Assembly (NCBI GenBank): GCA_964016885.1 | Contig: OZ024741.1 | Span: 129,580,001-129,644,000 of the forward strand | Direction: 5' to 3' | DNA length: 64,000 bases | DNA from: Eledone cirrhosa | Lineage: Eukaryota | Shown: piece by piece, positions 1 to 13,267 of the stretch | How positions within the stretch are numbered: the stretch's first letter is position 1 | Layout: each line of letters opens with the position of its first letter | Made by a program: the position numbers and the translations under genes | The notes under the pieces: model-generated | What the model was told of the DNA's origin: nothing | The model's input: the letters and a program-made list of their open reading frames with translations, nothing else | Database searches by the model: none

Positions 1-201
1 CAGAGGTAAGTAGTTTATACACTGTTATATTTCTTATTGTTGTTCTATGTTCTGATTTTTTTTTAGGCTCTTTGATGAATCTATTAAATTATTAATTTTA
101 TTGTAATATACATTTTAATATACATTACAGCAAAGTAGCTCACTTAGTGGTAAAAGATCAAAAGCAGACACAAGTGCCTAAGCTAAACAGTTTCACTCTA
201 G

Positions 202-398
202 CCCTTTAGCATTCACATTATTTTATATATACTATTATATTTTCATGGTAAAGGCTTTACCTCACATAATTATCTCACATAATATCGAATCTATGAGAAC
301 AATACCTTAACATCAGTTTGAGTGACCAGTTACAGCCAGTTTCAACAGAAAGAGGTAAAGAATTCTGGCCGGTTTTGGCCGGTTTGAATACTAAAGGG
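202..398. mobile_element. piggyBac-like MITE
   Basis: TIRs CCCTTTAGCATTCA / TGAATACTAAAGGG; CTAG on both flanks. Confidence 0.6.
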
Positions 399-1189
399 CT
401 AGGCTACTTTTGACCATACTGTTTTGTTATTTTACAACCTTTTATTGGGCTAATCTTTGCAGCTCAACCTTGATAGCTTAAATGTTGTTGATGTAATATT
501 TCAAAACTGAAGTAAAGGCATAGTTCCTTGAAGAATGGTAGATTAAAACATTTTTGGATTATTGTATTCTTAGAGAGTAGTGGATTTGAAGTATCAGTAG
601 TGCTTCAGACATATAGTTACATCCCTTTATATTTTGTGTTCAAATCAGCTTGACCTTTCATTCTGACTGGGTCGATAAAATAATGAACCAGTAATACACT
701 GAGGTCAATTGATCAATTTTCCCCCAAACCAAAATTATAGGCTTGTTCCTATATCAGAAACAGTTATTATATTTTTTAATAGTTCTGGGAAGAATTTATC
801 AGCCCTAGTAATTCTTTTGGTTCAGTATATGAAGCCATTGCCAAAGAGGAGGGTGGGAAACACAAGATGGCACAGTCATGGTTCCCCACCTCATCCCAGC
901 CTCCATGATATATCAATGGTACACTCTCAGATTTAGAAAACAGGGTTTATAAAAAATGTCCTGAAATAAGTTACGCACGCACGCACGCACGCGCACGCAT
1001 GCATATATACACATATATACATACTAGAAAAATGTTCAACTCGCTTATGCATATGTGAACATGTGTTTGTTTGTGCATAAGCATACATTTATATGTATGA
1101 GTATATAAATATACACGTGCAAACACACACACTTACAAAAATACACATTTACAGACATACATTCACACAAATACACATACATTCACACT

Positions 1190-1300
<111 letters not shown>

Positions 1301-1822
1301 GCAAAAAGAACGCCAGTCATTCTTTTGCTATACATTTTTCACCAACCCCTTCCTTCCTTTTACACACACATACATTCACACACACACACATACATTCACA
1401 CACATTCACACACACGCACACATACATTCACACACACACACACACACATTGTGTGACTGACAGAAGTCATTCAAGTTTATATATAGATGTTTCTGTTTAT
1501 TTTTCAGGGAATGTAAATTATTTCTGTGAACACATGGACATATCAATAAGAAGAACCTCAATGGCTGGGATGTTTTGATTTAAATGGTCTCATGGTTGAG
1601 ATGAATCAAGTAACATAATGGTTTCAATGGTTGGAGTATATTGATTTGAATAGTCTCTCTCTTTCTCTCTCCTCTCCCCCCCTCCTCTCTCTCTCTCTCT
1701 TTCTCTGAGTCTTGAATGTATCAAGTAATCTGGGATGATTGGAAATAAAGATAAAGATGTGTCAGTTTTAAAATTTGATATATATATATATGGACGTTAA
1801 ACGATGATGATGATGTATGTAA

Positions 1823-2607
1823 ACCGTATTTTTTGGAATGTAAGATGTACCGGAATATAGGACGCACTCTAAATTTAACATGAATGTCCAGGAAAAATAG
1901 AATTAAGGGGAATTAACGCTATTGAAATTTTAATCACTTTCAAATTTTGTAAAATCATGACTACTGGCATCCTCATCTAGTTTCAGAATCACTTGTGTCT
2001 ATCATTATACAGAAGATCATCTTTGGTGGCATCTAGGGCGTTGCTGATGCCACATTTTTTTAAAGCTTTTATAACTGTCTCAGTTTTCACAGCACCCCAT
2101 GTGTTTTTCACCCACTGGGTTACCTGGGAAAATGTAGGCCTCTTCAAACGTCCTGTCGGTGTCAGTTCATGTTGCGGATACTTCATCCAATTATCTCGGT
2201 CCTCTCTCATGTGGGCCTTAAAAGGCTGGTTTAGGGAACCATCAAGGGGTTGTAATTGAGAAGTCAGTCCACCAGGTATGACAGCTATTTCAGTGTTTAT
2301 GTTCTTTACCCTCCTTACTGTATTCTCAGCCATATGTGCATGAAATGGGTCCCAAACAAAAAAAAAATGCATAAAAAAAAAAAATAGGGCTACTTAACAA
2401 TTTATTTCTGTTCTTAATCATTTTTTTAAAAAGTAGGTATACTTTCGAAAATTTAAACAAAAGTCTAAATATTTCCTACTTTTTAATTATAAAATTTTTA
2501 CATACGGTAATTACCCCAAACCTGACCTTCGCCTTATAAGACGCATAGTGATTTTGAGGGTCAAAATTTGGATAAAAAGCGTGTCCTATATTCCGAAAAA
2601 TATGGTG
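1823..2607 (-). mobile_element. pogo/Tigger-like DNA transposon remnant
   Basis: DDE_1-type remnant WDPF.AH...IPGGLTSQLQPLD.SLN.PFK...KKCGISNALD (2372-1989); imperfect TIRs ACCGTATTTTTTGGAAT... / ...ATTCCGAAAAAATATGGT. Confidence 0.8.
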
Positions 2608-3814
2608 TATATGTATATACATACATACATACATACATGTATTTAATGTATGTATGTATGTATGTAACATCATCATCACCGATTAACGTATATTTTTTCA
2701 CGGGTTAGATGGGTTGTCAACATTATGATACATGTCTGGCCAGTTGGCCATGCCGTACCTTGTTCAAATGGAACTGTATTTTGGCTGGGAATTTTGTAGC
2801 CAGATGCCCTTCCTAACACCAACCATGCTTACAATGTGGAACTGGGTGGCCTTCTTATATTCAAAGAATAGAGTTTATCACTATAGACATTCAGTTGTAG
2901 ATGTTCATTTGCTTAGAATTCCAGGCATGTGTGTTGGTATTTGGCAACCCAAAAAGAAACCAGGAAGAACTCCAAGTGATCCAGGATTTAATATAAACCC
3001 GACACAAACATATCTCTGGTGATCTGGAATGTATCAGAACTAGACTGGACAGTTGACTAATAAGCCAATAGCTTAACAGTGAACTGGTTCAACATCTATT
3101 AACTTGAGTGATCACTATTCTTTTTACTTAAGATTTTGAACATTGAAACACTTATTTGAGAATAGCAGATAACTTATTACTTGATGGATAACTTTCTTAT
3201 AGCTGCAAAAAAACAAAGCAAAACAATGATTCCAAGTGCCCCCCCCCCCCCCCCCCCCCCCCTCATCACCATCACCACTGCTGTTGCTGCTAGAAGTAAA
3301 AACATTGCACTCACTCCCTCTATCTTGCTATACTCACACACATTAATGTCCTCATATAGAGCACTATATAATGCACTAGCATAATTTCCCTGGTGTATAG
3401 CACTCACCATTTTTGTCTTCACTACTGTTTTCATTCCTTAGTGTTAACTCCCACTCCACACTACAGGTTAAGAGAGAGTACATTAAAAAATGAGTGAGAG
3501 AGAGAGTGGGTGTTAGAGAGTGAGATAGAAAAAGTGCAAAGGAGAAGGGAAAGACACAATGAAAACGTGAGTAAGAGGGTGTGAGTGAGAGAGGGAGTGA
3601 GAGTGGGTGAGGAGGAGAAGGAGGAAAAGACAGATGCAACAGCAGCAACAATTGCAACAAAGATTTCTTTATTGGCCACAAGGGCTGAAACAATTACAAT
3701 AATAACAAGCAGTAAATTATTTTATCATCTTTTTGTTGTTTGTGTTTTTTCTTTCTTATTTAAAAAACAAACTGATTCATCATTTAAATTTTACTCAATT
3801 TTATTTCTATTATT

Positions 3815-4400
3815 TAGAATGCAGGTGAGTGTCCATAAGGCCTCTGTTCTTAGCCCTCTCCCCCGTTTATCATCATCCTGCAGGCTATAACAGAGGAGTT
3901 TAAGACTTGGCTGCCCATGGGAACTCCTGTATGCAGATGACCTAACCCTTATAACTGAATCTATGGCAGAATTAGAGAAGAAATTCCAAATCTGAAAGCA
4001 TGGCCTGGAATCATAGGGTCTTTAAGTCAACCTGACAAAGACTAAGATCCAAGAAGTAGAAGGGAAAACAAGACCTTGATCTCCTCAGGGAAATGGCCTT
4101 GCTTAGTGTACAGGAATGGCATAGGTAGAAATTCCAACCTCTGTCCCAAATGCAAGCTATGGGTACACAAGAGATGCAGTGGGATCTGTTAGGTTAGCTA
4201 AGAATGTAGGTTTTAATTGTGGCCATTGCACAGGAGCAGTTAGCAGCAAACACCCACAGGAAACAAGCTCTATCAAATTCTTGGAGGGTTTTATAGAAGC
4301 AGTAGACATCTTTTGGAACCCAATCAGCAGTGGTGTTCTGAAAGTTCAGTAGCCAGAGTGAGAACAGGATGGAAAAAGTTAGGGAGCTACTACCGCTACT
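3815..4400 (+). mobile_element. RTE-clade LINE internal fragment, degenerate
   Basis: caggctataacagaggagtttaagac..tgcccatgggaactcctgtatgcagatgac matches the RT region of the other copies. Confidence 0.8.
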
Positions 4401-4553
4401 AACTACTGAAAGAAAAGAAAAAGAAAGAAAAAATGGTGGGATGATCAGAGTGGGGAGTGGTATCAAGACAAGGGATGTGAGGGTGCACAAACATACATAT
4501 CCATATATACAGAGATAAAATATATTTCACATATTTTTCTAATTTCTGTCTAG

Positions 4554-4559
4554 TTTATT
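4554..4559 (-). terminator. Candidate polyadenylation signal AATAAA of enkurin
   Basis: AATAAA on the minus strand about 30 nt after the stop codon. Confidence 0.5.
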
Positions 4560-4587
4560 TCACAAAAACATCCAAAGTGTCTATCTT

Positions 4588-4917
4588 TTAATATCTGAAA
4601 GTGTTTGCCAAATATATCCTCTTGTGTTTCTCAATCATTGAAATATCTTGCTCAAGCTGCTTCATCAGCATCTCCAATTTTTCTTTCAAATATTTCTTAC
4701 GGATTGTATCAATGACAACTGACAGACCCTGGAAGTCATGATGCACAGCTTCCCAGTTCTTCTTCAGGCCACACAGTAATTCTTCCCGTTCTTCATCAGT
4801 CAACTGTTTCATAGCATTGTCCTCAATCTGTTTCTGCACTTCTGTTTCATACTGCTCCTGAAGCATCCTCATGTCCTCTCGTCTTTTTTTTAGGTAAGCT
4901 GGAATTTCACCATACTC
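4588..4917 (-). CDS. ENKUR: Enkurin, last coding exon (enkurin domain: EYGEIPAYL...GLKKNWEAVHHDFQGLSVVIDT...IEKHKRIYLAN)
   Basis: Acceptor ttggcAG at 4918; phase 0; TAA stop at 4590-4588. The four exons join into an open 813-nt CDS. Confidence 0.93.
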   Translation of the reverse strand, partial: EYGEIPAYLKKRREDMRMLQEQYETEVQKQIEDNAMKQLTDEEREELLCGLKKNWEAVHHDFQGLSVVIDTIRKKYLKEKLEMLMKQLEQDISMIEKHKRIYLANTFRY

Positions 4918-5221
4918 CTGCCAACAACAACATAGGGAACAAAAGGAAATATTATAATATACATAATCATAATCATCATAGTTTAAAGTAGGTTCTTCCA
5001 TGCTGACATGGGTTATATATATATATATATATCACAATAACGAATGTTTTTTGCCTGCAGTTTATCACATAATTGGATTTTCATCTGAAGATACCGTTTT
5101 CATACCAACAACAAATGTATACGTTACATCGTGGATGCATCAAGGAACTGTTGAAATAATTATAAATAAACAATTTATGTAACATCAGCATCTTTCTTAA
5201 TGTTATTCTTATATATATATA

Positions 5222-5332
5222 TCATCATCTTATGTCCGCTTTTCCCTGCTTGCAAGGGTGGGACGGGAACTGATTCTGGCTTGCTTTTTACAGCTGGATG
5301 CCCTTCCTAACACCAACCTCATTTACAGTGAG

Positions 5333-5366
<34 letters not shown>

Positions 5367-5615
5367 CATGGCACCTATATGTCCACTTTACAGTGTGGGC
5401 TGGGTGCTTTTTGGCTGTGGCACCTCCACAACCACTTTGCAGTGGAATGATAGGGACCCCAGTCCTATCATCTCACTCCTACAGCTGAGTAAACTGGAGC
5501 ACTGTGAAATAAAGTGTCTTGCTCAAGGAAACAACACATCACCCGGTCTGAGAATTGAACTCACAACCTTTCGATTGCAAGGCCAATGCTCTAACTACTA
5601 AGCCATGTGCCTCCA
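5222..5615 (-). mobile_element. Modular SINE: tRNA-like head, CORE-like domain, RTE-derived tail
   Basis: Head with A/B boxes (TGGCTTAGTAGTT...GAGTTCAATTC); CCTTGAGCAAGACACTT; tail nearly identical to the 3' end of the 7.6-9.9 kb LINE. Confidence 0.75.
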
Positions 5616-7589
5616 TATATATATATATATTGTAGGTGGCATACTCATGGTTTAAATATTATTCATGGTGTTTCCTTCTAATATAGTAAAATGTTAATTC
5701 TGATACAAAGAATACATTTCTTGCATCATTGAGTGTATATGGTATGCCTCAAATAACCTGACTTGTGTTGTTGCAGTGCTATTACAACTTTGATGAATTA
5801 ATATATATATATTTGTCATCATCACCATCACTGTTTTATGTCAATTTTTCCACACTAGCATGGGTTAGACGGGAGTTGTCCCACTTGAGTCAAGGTTGGT
5901 CGGGTGACCATGTCTCGCTCATATAGGACTATCTGGCAGGTTTTCTACGGCTGGATGCCCTTCCTAACACCAACCACATTTACAGTGTGGAACTGGGAAC
6001 TTTTTACCGTGTTACCTACATGGCCACATTACACCGTGGACTGTTTTTTTCTCATGACACCTACACGATCTCGATCTCATATATATATATATATATATAT
6101 ATATTTTGACAATTCTTAAAATATTTATGTAAAACCTATTTTGTTGCATGTAACAAGCAGTTGATTTTGTGCCATGAGTATAAACTTTTCATGTGTTTCA
6201 GACCTAGCTAAATTCAAAAGTACAAGCCACAGTGACTTTAATTTTGGTACATTTGTAGTAGGTATAGAACTAAATAAATTGTGAGATTTATTTTCAATAA
6301 AATTTTAATAGACTATTAAAAATGGCTATAAACAATTAAATTACAGATTAAAGGTTGTCTGTCATAAACTTTTCATGCATTTTCAGACATGGCTATATTG
6401 TGAACCATTATCTAAGTTTTGATACACTAATACAAGGTATAAAACCCAATCCCCTCTAAGTTTGGAGCTTTACAATGCATTTTGTAGGTATCCCTGTAGA
6501 GCTCCTTAGAAGGGGTGACGCAGAGTTTGACCATGCAAACCCCACCTTTTCTTCAATACGGCCATTGCTGAGGCTTAAATGTTAACCAAAGTGTTACTAA
6601 CAATCCTGTTACAAAGTGTTAGTGATATTTATCATTAAAATTATTCAATTTTATTTAATTAGTAATCAAGCTTTCTCAGAATTGCATGTTGACCTAGATT
6701 GAAAAACAAGCAAAATATGAAAAACAACATTTTCAATACAAAGATTCTATGCTAATTTTGGTCTTAGATTTATGTAGCACAATTTAGTGCATTTTTCATA
6801 GAAATATGTTTACTTAACAATTTGTTCATCCATTTCTTGAAATTCTGGCTCAAACTTGATATTGGATTCATGTTCCATTTTGCTGCTCAATATATGTTAC
6901 AAACATCCATGGTATTCCCCTTTTTATTGACTTTGTGCACCATCTTGTGGCCAGATTCAACAATGGCTGTATTGAATTTGTGAGAAATTTTTCTTTTATA
7001 TTGCATAATGATTATCTGACCTATCCCCTTCAATTTTTATATCAAAATAAAGCAAAAACGACTCCCTTTCCTGACTATCATTTTTAACACAAATTGAGTT
7101 GTAGTGCTCCAGCACATTGAACTAGAACTAGTGTTACCGTTCAGCAAAAACATTGTAAATGGGTGGAAAGATGAGAGGGATTGAGGGTATCTAGCATGAT
7201 ATATATGTATTGGATTTTGATAGAAAGTATATGAGAAGGTACTTCACATCCAGAACTTTCAAATACTATATAATTGTCCAGAGAAAAAAAAAAATGTATT
7301 TTGACATGAAAATGGTGAAGGAAAAAGTGGATCTTTCTATTGTCAAACTGTGCTTGTCACTCCTTCCATGGAGCTCTACTATGATACCTATATATTTATA
7401 TATATATATATCAGGATGAAACCGGTATTAGACTATTATTCAACAGAGTACTTGATACTTGGGATAGTAGAGTGTGACTATATTAGAAAAAGTTGGGTCA
7501 TGCCATTTTGACAGTTAGTTCCAGATCTGGAACTAGCTGTTGAAATGGCAAGAGCTCAGTTGTTGCGCCCTGACTCTTTCTAATATATA

Positions 7590-9930
7590 TAAATAGGTTA
7601 GTCATTAGTGATATCTCAGTAAGCAAGAGATGGAATGAGACATACAGGAAGGTGTGGAGAAGAAAGGTCTGGAAGCTAAAAGACCTTTCACTAAAATACA
7701 AATTTAGGAAAGCCCTTCAAGATGTGTATGATGAAAAAGACGACGATTTAGAGTCGTATGACATAGATAATAATTAGAATTTCTTACGTGACAACTTACT
7801 GCAGGTTACTGATGAAACTTGTGGCTGGAGCAGAGCTCCAACCAGACAGAGAGTGACCTGGTGGTGGAACAGCACAGTAGATAAGGCCATTAGAGACAAA
7901 AGACTAGCATGGAAGGCTTGGAAAAGGGGTGGGAGTAGAGAAGGAGATACAGCCACTAAGAAAGAAGCTAGACGTCAGGTTTACTTAGCACGCAGGGAGG
8001 CTGAGAGTAGGAGGTTTGCCAATGTTCTGCAACGGGAAGATCAGAGGCGTGCGGTGTTCCACATTGCAAGGCAGTGTGTCAATGCAAATCAGGATGTTGT
8101 TGGACATAAATGATGCCGGTGTACTTAGTGTCACAAATGATCGGAAAAAGGAGGCCTGGAAATGTCATTATGAGAGACTGATGAATGTGGAGAACAAATG
8201 GGAGAGAGAGAAATTACGCTCAGTAGATCCGACAGAGGGACCAGCTATTGAGATTGACGAATATAGGGTCCAAGAGGCGATTAAGGAAATGAAAAATGGT
8301 AAGGCTGCTGGACCATCAGGGATAGTTGCTGAGATGCTTAAGGCATCAGGGGATGTAGGCAATAAACTGGTTGCACGCATCATCAATCAGGCTACATATG
8401 GTGGTGTCATACTCAAAGACTGGTGCAGCAGTATTCTCATAAATTGCTACAAAGGTAAAGGGGATGCTCTGGAGAGGAGCAATTATAGGGGTATAAAACT
8501 GATGGATCAGGTTATGAAAGTGGCAGAAAGGATATTAGCACAACTAATTAGAGAAAGAGTCAAACTAGATGAGATGCAGTTAGGTTTTGTGCCTGGGAAG
8601 AGTACAACAGATGCCCTCTTCTTGGTGAGACAATTACAAGAGAGATTCTTACAGAAAAATAAGCCACTATACTTAACCTTTGTTGACCTAGAGAAGGCCT
8701 TTGATAGGGTACCCCAATTTGTCATCTGGTGGTCCCTAAGGAAACTAGGTGTTGAGGAATGGCTTGTTAGGACGGTGCAAACTTTGTACAGAGGTACTGT
8801 CAGTAAAGTCAGGGTAGGAATGGAGTTTAGTGAGGAATTCCAGATACAAGTAGGAGTACATCAAGGTTCGGTCCTCAGCCCGCTCTTGTTCATTATAGTC
8901 CTCCAAGCCATAACAGAGGAGTTTAAGACTGGCTGTCCATGGGAACTTCTCTATGCTGACGATCTGTTTCTTATAGCAGAATCAGTAGAGGAGCTAGAAA
9001 ATAAATTCTGGCTATGGAAACAGCAGTTGGAAGCAACAGGACTGAGAGTGAATCTAGCTAAAACAAAAGTGTTGATGAGTTGAAAAGAGGACAAAACTCT
9101 GATTCCGTCAGGGAAATGGCCATGTTCGATATGCAGAAAAGGAACTGGCATAAATTCTATAAAATGCACACAATGCAGATCCTGGGTACACAAGAAATGT
9201 AGTGGGATAGCAGGCAAACTAACGGGTAGGGAGAACTACGTATGCAGTAGATGTACAGGGAAATTAAACAGTAGAAGCCGCATTGATAGACACATTTTTC
9301 AAATGCAGGTGGGTTCTATCGAAGTGGTGGATAGCTTCTGGTACCTAGGAGATCAGATTAGCATGGGAGGGGGGTGTTCCGAGGCCATAGTATCTAGAAT
9401 AAGGACGGGTTGGAAGAAGTTTAGGGAGCTGCTTCCTCTGCTGACGAAGAGGGGTTTCTCCCTGCGTACGAAAGGCCGGTTATATGATGCCTGTGTGAGG
9501 AGCGCGATGCTGCATGGTAGTGAAACATGGGCAGCAACTGCAGAGGATATGCGACGGCTGGAGAGAAATGAGGCAAGCATGATCCGTTGGATGTGCAATG
9601 TCAATGTGCATGATCGACCCAGCATGAATGTGTTGAGAGAGAAACTGTGTCTGAGAGGGATAGAATGTAGTGTGCGAGAGAGGAGACTGAGGTGGTATGG
9701 ACATGTGATGCGCATGGAGGATGACCGATGGGTGAAGAAGTGCCAGGAAATGCCAGTTGAAGGAAGACGTGGGCGGAGGTGGTGAGAACAGACCTCAGAT
9801 CATTGAAGCTCACGGTGGAGATGACGAAGGACCGTGACAAGTGGAGAGATGCTGTGCAGAGTGAGACCCGTCCCACCCTTGCAAGCAGGGAAAAGCGGAC
9901 GTAAAATGATGATGATGATGATGATGATGA
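7590..9930 (+). mobile_element. RTE-clade LINE, 5'-truncated, degenerate, short 3' UTR, (ATG)n tail
   Basis: VTWWWN, KAAGPSG, NYRGIKL, FVDLEKAFDRVP, GVHQGSVLSPLLF, ELLYADD, PHD-like Cys cluster, LHGSETW, RLRWYGHV; frameshifts and stops; ends GCAAGCAGGGAAAAGCGGACGTAAAA(TGA)n. Confidence 0.88.
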
Positions 9931-10177
9931 TATCATACTCATCATCATCACATTTAATGTCTATTTTCGATGCTTTCATGGGTTAGACAGCTGTTGAATG
10001 CTGAGGCCAGACAGGTCAGGTGACTATATTTAGCTCATACACCTGGTTTTGGCTTGGTTTCATGGCTGGAGGCCCTTCGAAAAGCCAACCACACTACAGA
10101 GTGTATGGGGACATTTTATTATGACTCTTACACTATTGCCATACAGGGTTAAATGGGTGCTTTGTGATATGGTATAT

Positions 10178-10209
<32 letters not shown>

Positions 10210-10269
10210 TTTACGTCCGCTCTTCCCTGCTCGCAAGGGTGGGACGGGTCTTATACATATATATATACA

Positions 10270-10840
10270 CTGGATGATGGACTACTAAATCAAATTGATG
10301 ATTTTGCAGCTGGATGAGTTCACCAAAAGAGGACATTGACATTAGAATTTCCAAAGTCTGGGCTGCAATGAACAAAATGTAAGGGATATCGAAGTCAATT
10401 CTATGCAGAAAAATCAAAATTCCTCAGAACATCTATTGTATGGATCAGATACATGGACCCTGACACAAACCCTTGAGAAGAAACTAGATGGCGCATACAC
10501 TAAAATGTTTAAGGTTGTAGAAAACATAAACTGGCATCAATTTATTACTAACGTATGTATATGGAAACTTGCCCAAGATAACAACTACAATTGCTCAAAG
10601 ACAGATATGATTTGCAGGACATTGCTAGAGAAGTAAGCAAGAAGTTGAATACAAGTTACTATTGTGGGGAACCAACTCATGGGAGATGCAGTATAGGAAG
10701 ACCTGCTTGAACATTCATCGATCAACTTTCAGATGATACAAACCTCAGTAAGAAGCAGTTGCTAGGAACAATGGAAAATCATGAATTGTGGAGAGACATT
10801 GTCAGGAATGTATGACTGTCTTTACAATGATGATGATAAT
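10270..10840 (+). mobile_element. Degenerate LINE 3' fragment (RTE-group)
   Basis: LLYGSDTWTLTQTLEKKLDGAYTKM, FAGHC..., GRP...FIDQL remnants; (TGA)n tail. Confidence 0.65.
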
Positions 10841-11039
10841 GCACATATATATATACATATATATATATGTGAATAAAGTTAGTCCTTCATCAGTGATCTT
10901 CCAACCTTCATTGGTATTTCATTGCTTTAAAGACCATATACCTCCGGTTGTTGCAAGCAACGGCTAAAGAAAGTCGTTGGGACACGTAAATAAGGGGAAC
11001 GAGCGAGACTGTAAACAATCAAAGATGGTAATGCAATGA

Positions 11040-11310
11040 AAAGTGAGGAAGAAAGAGTCAAGTCCCAGATTTCTATGAATATAAGTTCGGTGAAATCGTG
11101 AACGAGAGAGAATAAAGACCATCAAACCTAATCGAAATGTGAGCAAGGAAGGAATTCCGCACAGGTCAAACGGGAGGAAGAAGGAGTCTAGTCCCTGAAT
11201 TCGGTAAACATAAGTTCTGTGAAATCGTAGACAAGAGAGAAAAAAAGGAACAACCAGCCTGGTCAAGCATCCGTGAGAAAAGAATTACGCACAGGTCAAA
11301 CGGGAGGAAG
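11040..11310. repeat. ~130-bp tandem duplication
   Basis: GAATT.CGCACAGGTCAAACGGGAGGAAG and TAAGTTC.GTGAAATCGT each occur twice. Confidence 0.7.
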
Positions 11311-11419
11311 TAGGAGAGGTAGTAGCAGAGAGTGAGTGATAGATGTATACTAGTACTAACTTGCTATCCTAAAGGTAGCATATCTGATAATTTTCTGAGA
11401 TCCTATATATATATATGCA

Positions 11420-11546
11420 TGTATGCAAAGGGAAAACAGAAATAACTAAGCAAACGACACAGTACAATGAAGAAATATATTATTAGTTTTTTGCTTGATA
11501 TAGTAGGAAAAGAGTCTTAACGTTTCGGACACCAGTTCTTCATCAG
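11420..11546 (-). mobile_element. Penelope-like terminal fragment with partial hammerhead core
   Basis: CTGATGA agaac-tggt-gtcc GAAACGTTA; stem I apparently lost; related fragment at about 24095-24188. Confidence 0.5.
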
Positions 11547-11913
11547 GCAGCAAATGAGCAGAGTCATTAGAACGTTGGCTAGAATTCCTTGGAATATTCA
11601 TTTGGGCTTGCTGCACTCTGAGTTCAAATCTGCCAAGGTCAACTTTGACTTCAAGGTCTATAAAATAAATACCAGTCTAGTACTGGGATCAATTCTTCAT
11701 CTATATCTCTTTCTCACTTCCTTTCTATCACTCTCTTTCTTTCTCTGAGAGGAGATGGGCAACAGCCGTTTAAAAAAATGCTCAAGAAACACCAAATGTC
11801 ACTATGGCGCCCTTATGACTCCATCAGGAGTTATGGGTACATACATACATGTATACTAGTGCTAACTTGCTATCCTAAAGGTAGCATATCTGATAATTTC
11901 CTGAGATCCTTAC

Positions 11914-12182
11914 CTTTTTTTGAATGAAGTGTGGTTTGAAACCTGATGGCAACAAGAGATGTTTGTCCCCTTTCCGTGTGTCACAGTATATCTGGGTAGC
12001 TTTCTTTGGTAGTGATGTGATCATTTCTAGGGCATTCTCTGTGATAAAGTTCTTTGTAGTTTTGATTCCATATACTGGAATGTCATTCTTGGATGGCACA
12101 CCTGGCTTCTTGGTCTTATAATTGGTCTTTTCCTGCTTCTCTTGGTTCTCTTTGGCCGCAAGCTTTACTACAACAGGTTTCT
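11914..12182 (-). CDS. ENKUR: Enkurin, coding exon 3 (KPVVVK...KKPGVPSKNDIPVYGIKTTKNFITENA...DTRKGDKHLLLPSGFKPHFIQKK)
   Basis: Acceptor ttgtccAG at 12183; donor AAG|GTAAGG at 11913; enkurin motifs KNFI..NA and GDKH.L.PSG. Confidence 0.9.
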
Positions 12183-13267
12183 CTGGACAACAAGAACAAC
12201 AGTAAGATAAGATATATCATCATTGTTTTTATGTCCACTTCTTCATACTGGCATGGGCTGGACAGGTTGTTTTGGAACTATGTTTTACAGCTGGGTACCT
12301 TCCTCATGCCAACCCTTTTAGTCACCTCTTGTGATATGCAGGGATATGGTATACCTATTCTAAAAATCGAGATATAACAACGGCAACAACAATAGTAGCA
12401 ACAATAACAGTAACAACAACAGTAATAATAGCAACAACAATAATGACACAAATAAAATGAAGGGAACAAGAGAAAGAAAAATGTCACACAAATATGTGTC
12501 TAGTTTTAGTATGATGGTGATAATGATGGAGTTGATTGTGATGCCGATGGAGGTGATGATGATGATGATAATGGTGGAGGTGGTGATGGTTATGGGGATG
12601 GTGATAATATTGATGGTGGTGGTGGGGATAGGGTGATGGTAATTGTGGTAATGGTGATGGTGATAGTGTCGCTGGTGATAGTGGTGGTGGTGATGCTGGT
12701 GGAGATGGTGATAGCAGTGGTAGTGATGCTGGTGGAGATAGTGATGATAATGATAATGGTTATGGCGGTGGTAATGATTGTGGAGATGATGTTGGCTGTA
12801 CCCCCAATCCCGCCAATGCCTCCCTACCTAACCCAAGTGCACTCAGACCCTAGTGTTGTAATGAGGAAATGCTGGAGCCAGTATAAAATGTATCAAGCTC
12901 ACCAAGCGAGATGTTATGTAAAACACATCCATCTGACCCTGTAAAATGGCAGTGACAAGGCTATGTAGAAAACACCAAGCCAACCTTGCAAGGTGGTAGT
13001 GCTGAAGTTACAATAAAATGTACCCAGTACATGCTTTAAAGTGATTGGCATTAGGAGGGGCATCCATCTGTAGAATTAAAGCCAAAACAGAATGTATGAT
13101 TAGGACATGATTACCTGGCTGATCAGGCCTCAGTACACGAGAACCCATCTAAGCATGGAAAATAGATGTTAAACAATGATGATACACACACACACAAAAA
13201 TATATATATAAAAGGGAAGTTTGTTTGTATGGTCACTGTTAATAACACTAAATAAAATTGATAATAA

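Noticed and set aside
4918-5001. N-terminal part of ORF 4588-5001 as coding
   Set aside because: Lies upstream of the acceptor AG and has no enkurin similarity; intronic
6170-7150. Possible old DNA-transposon remnant (also 15010-15950)
   Set aside because: Short internal repeats are visible, but no TIR, TSD or coding motif could be established
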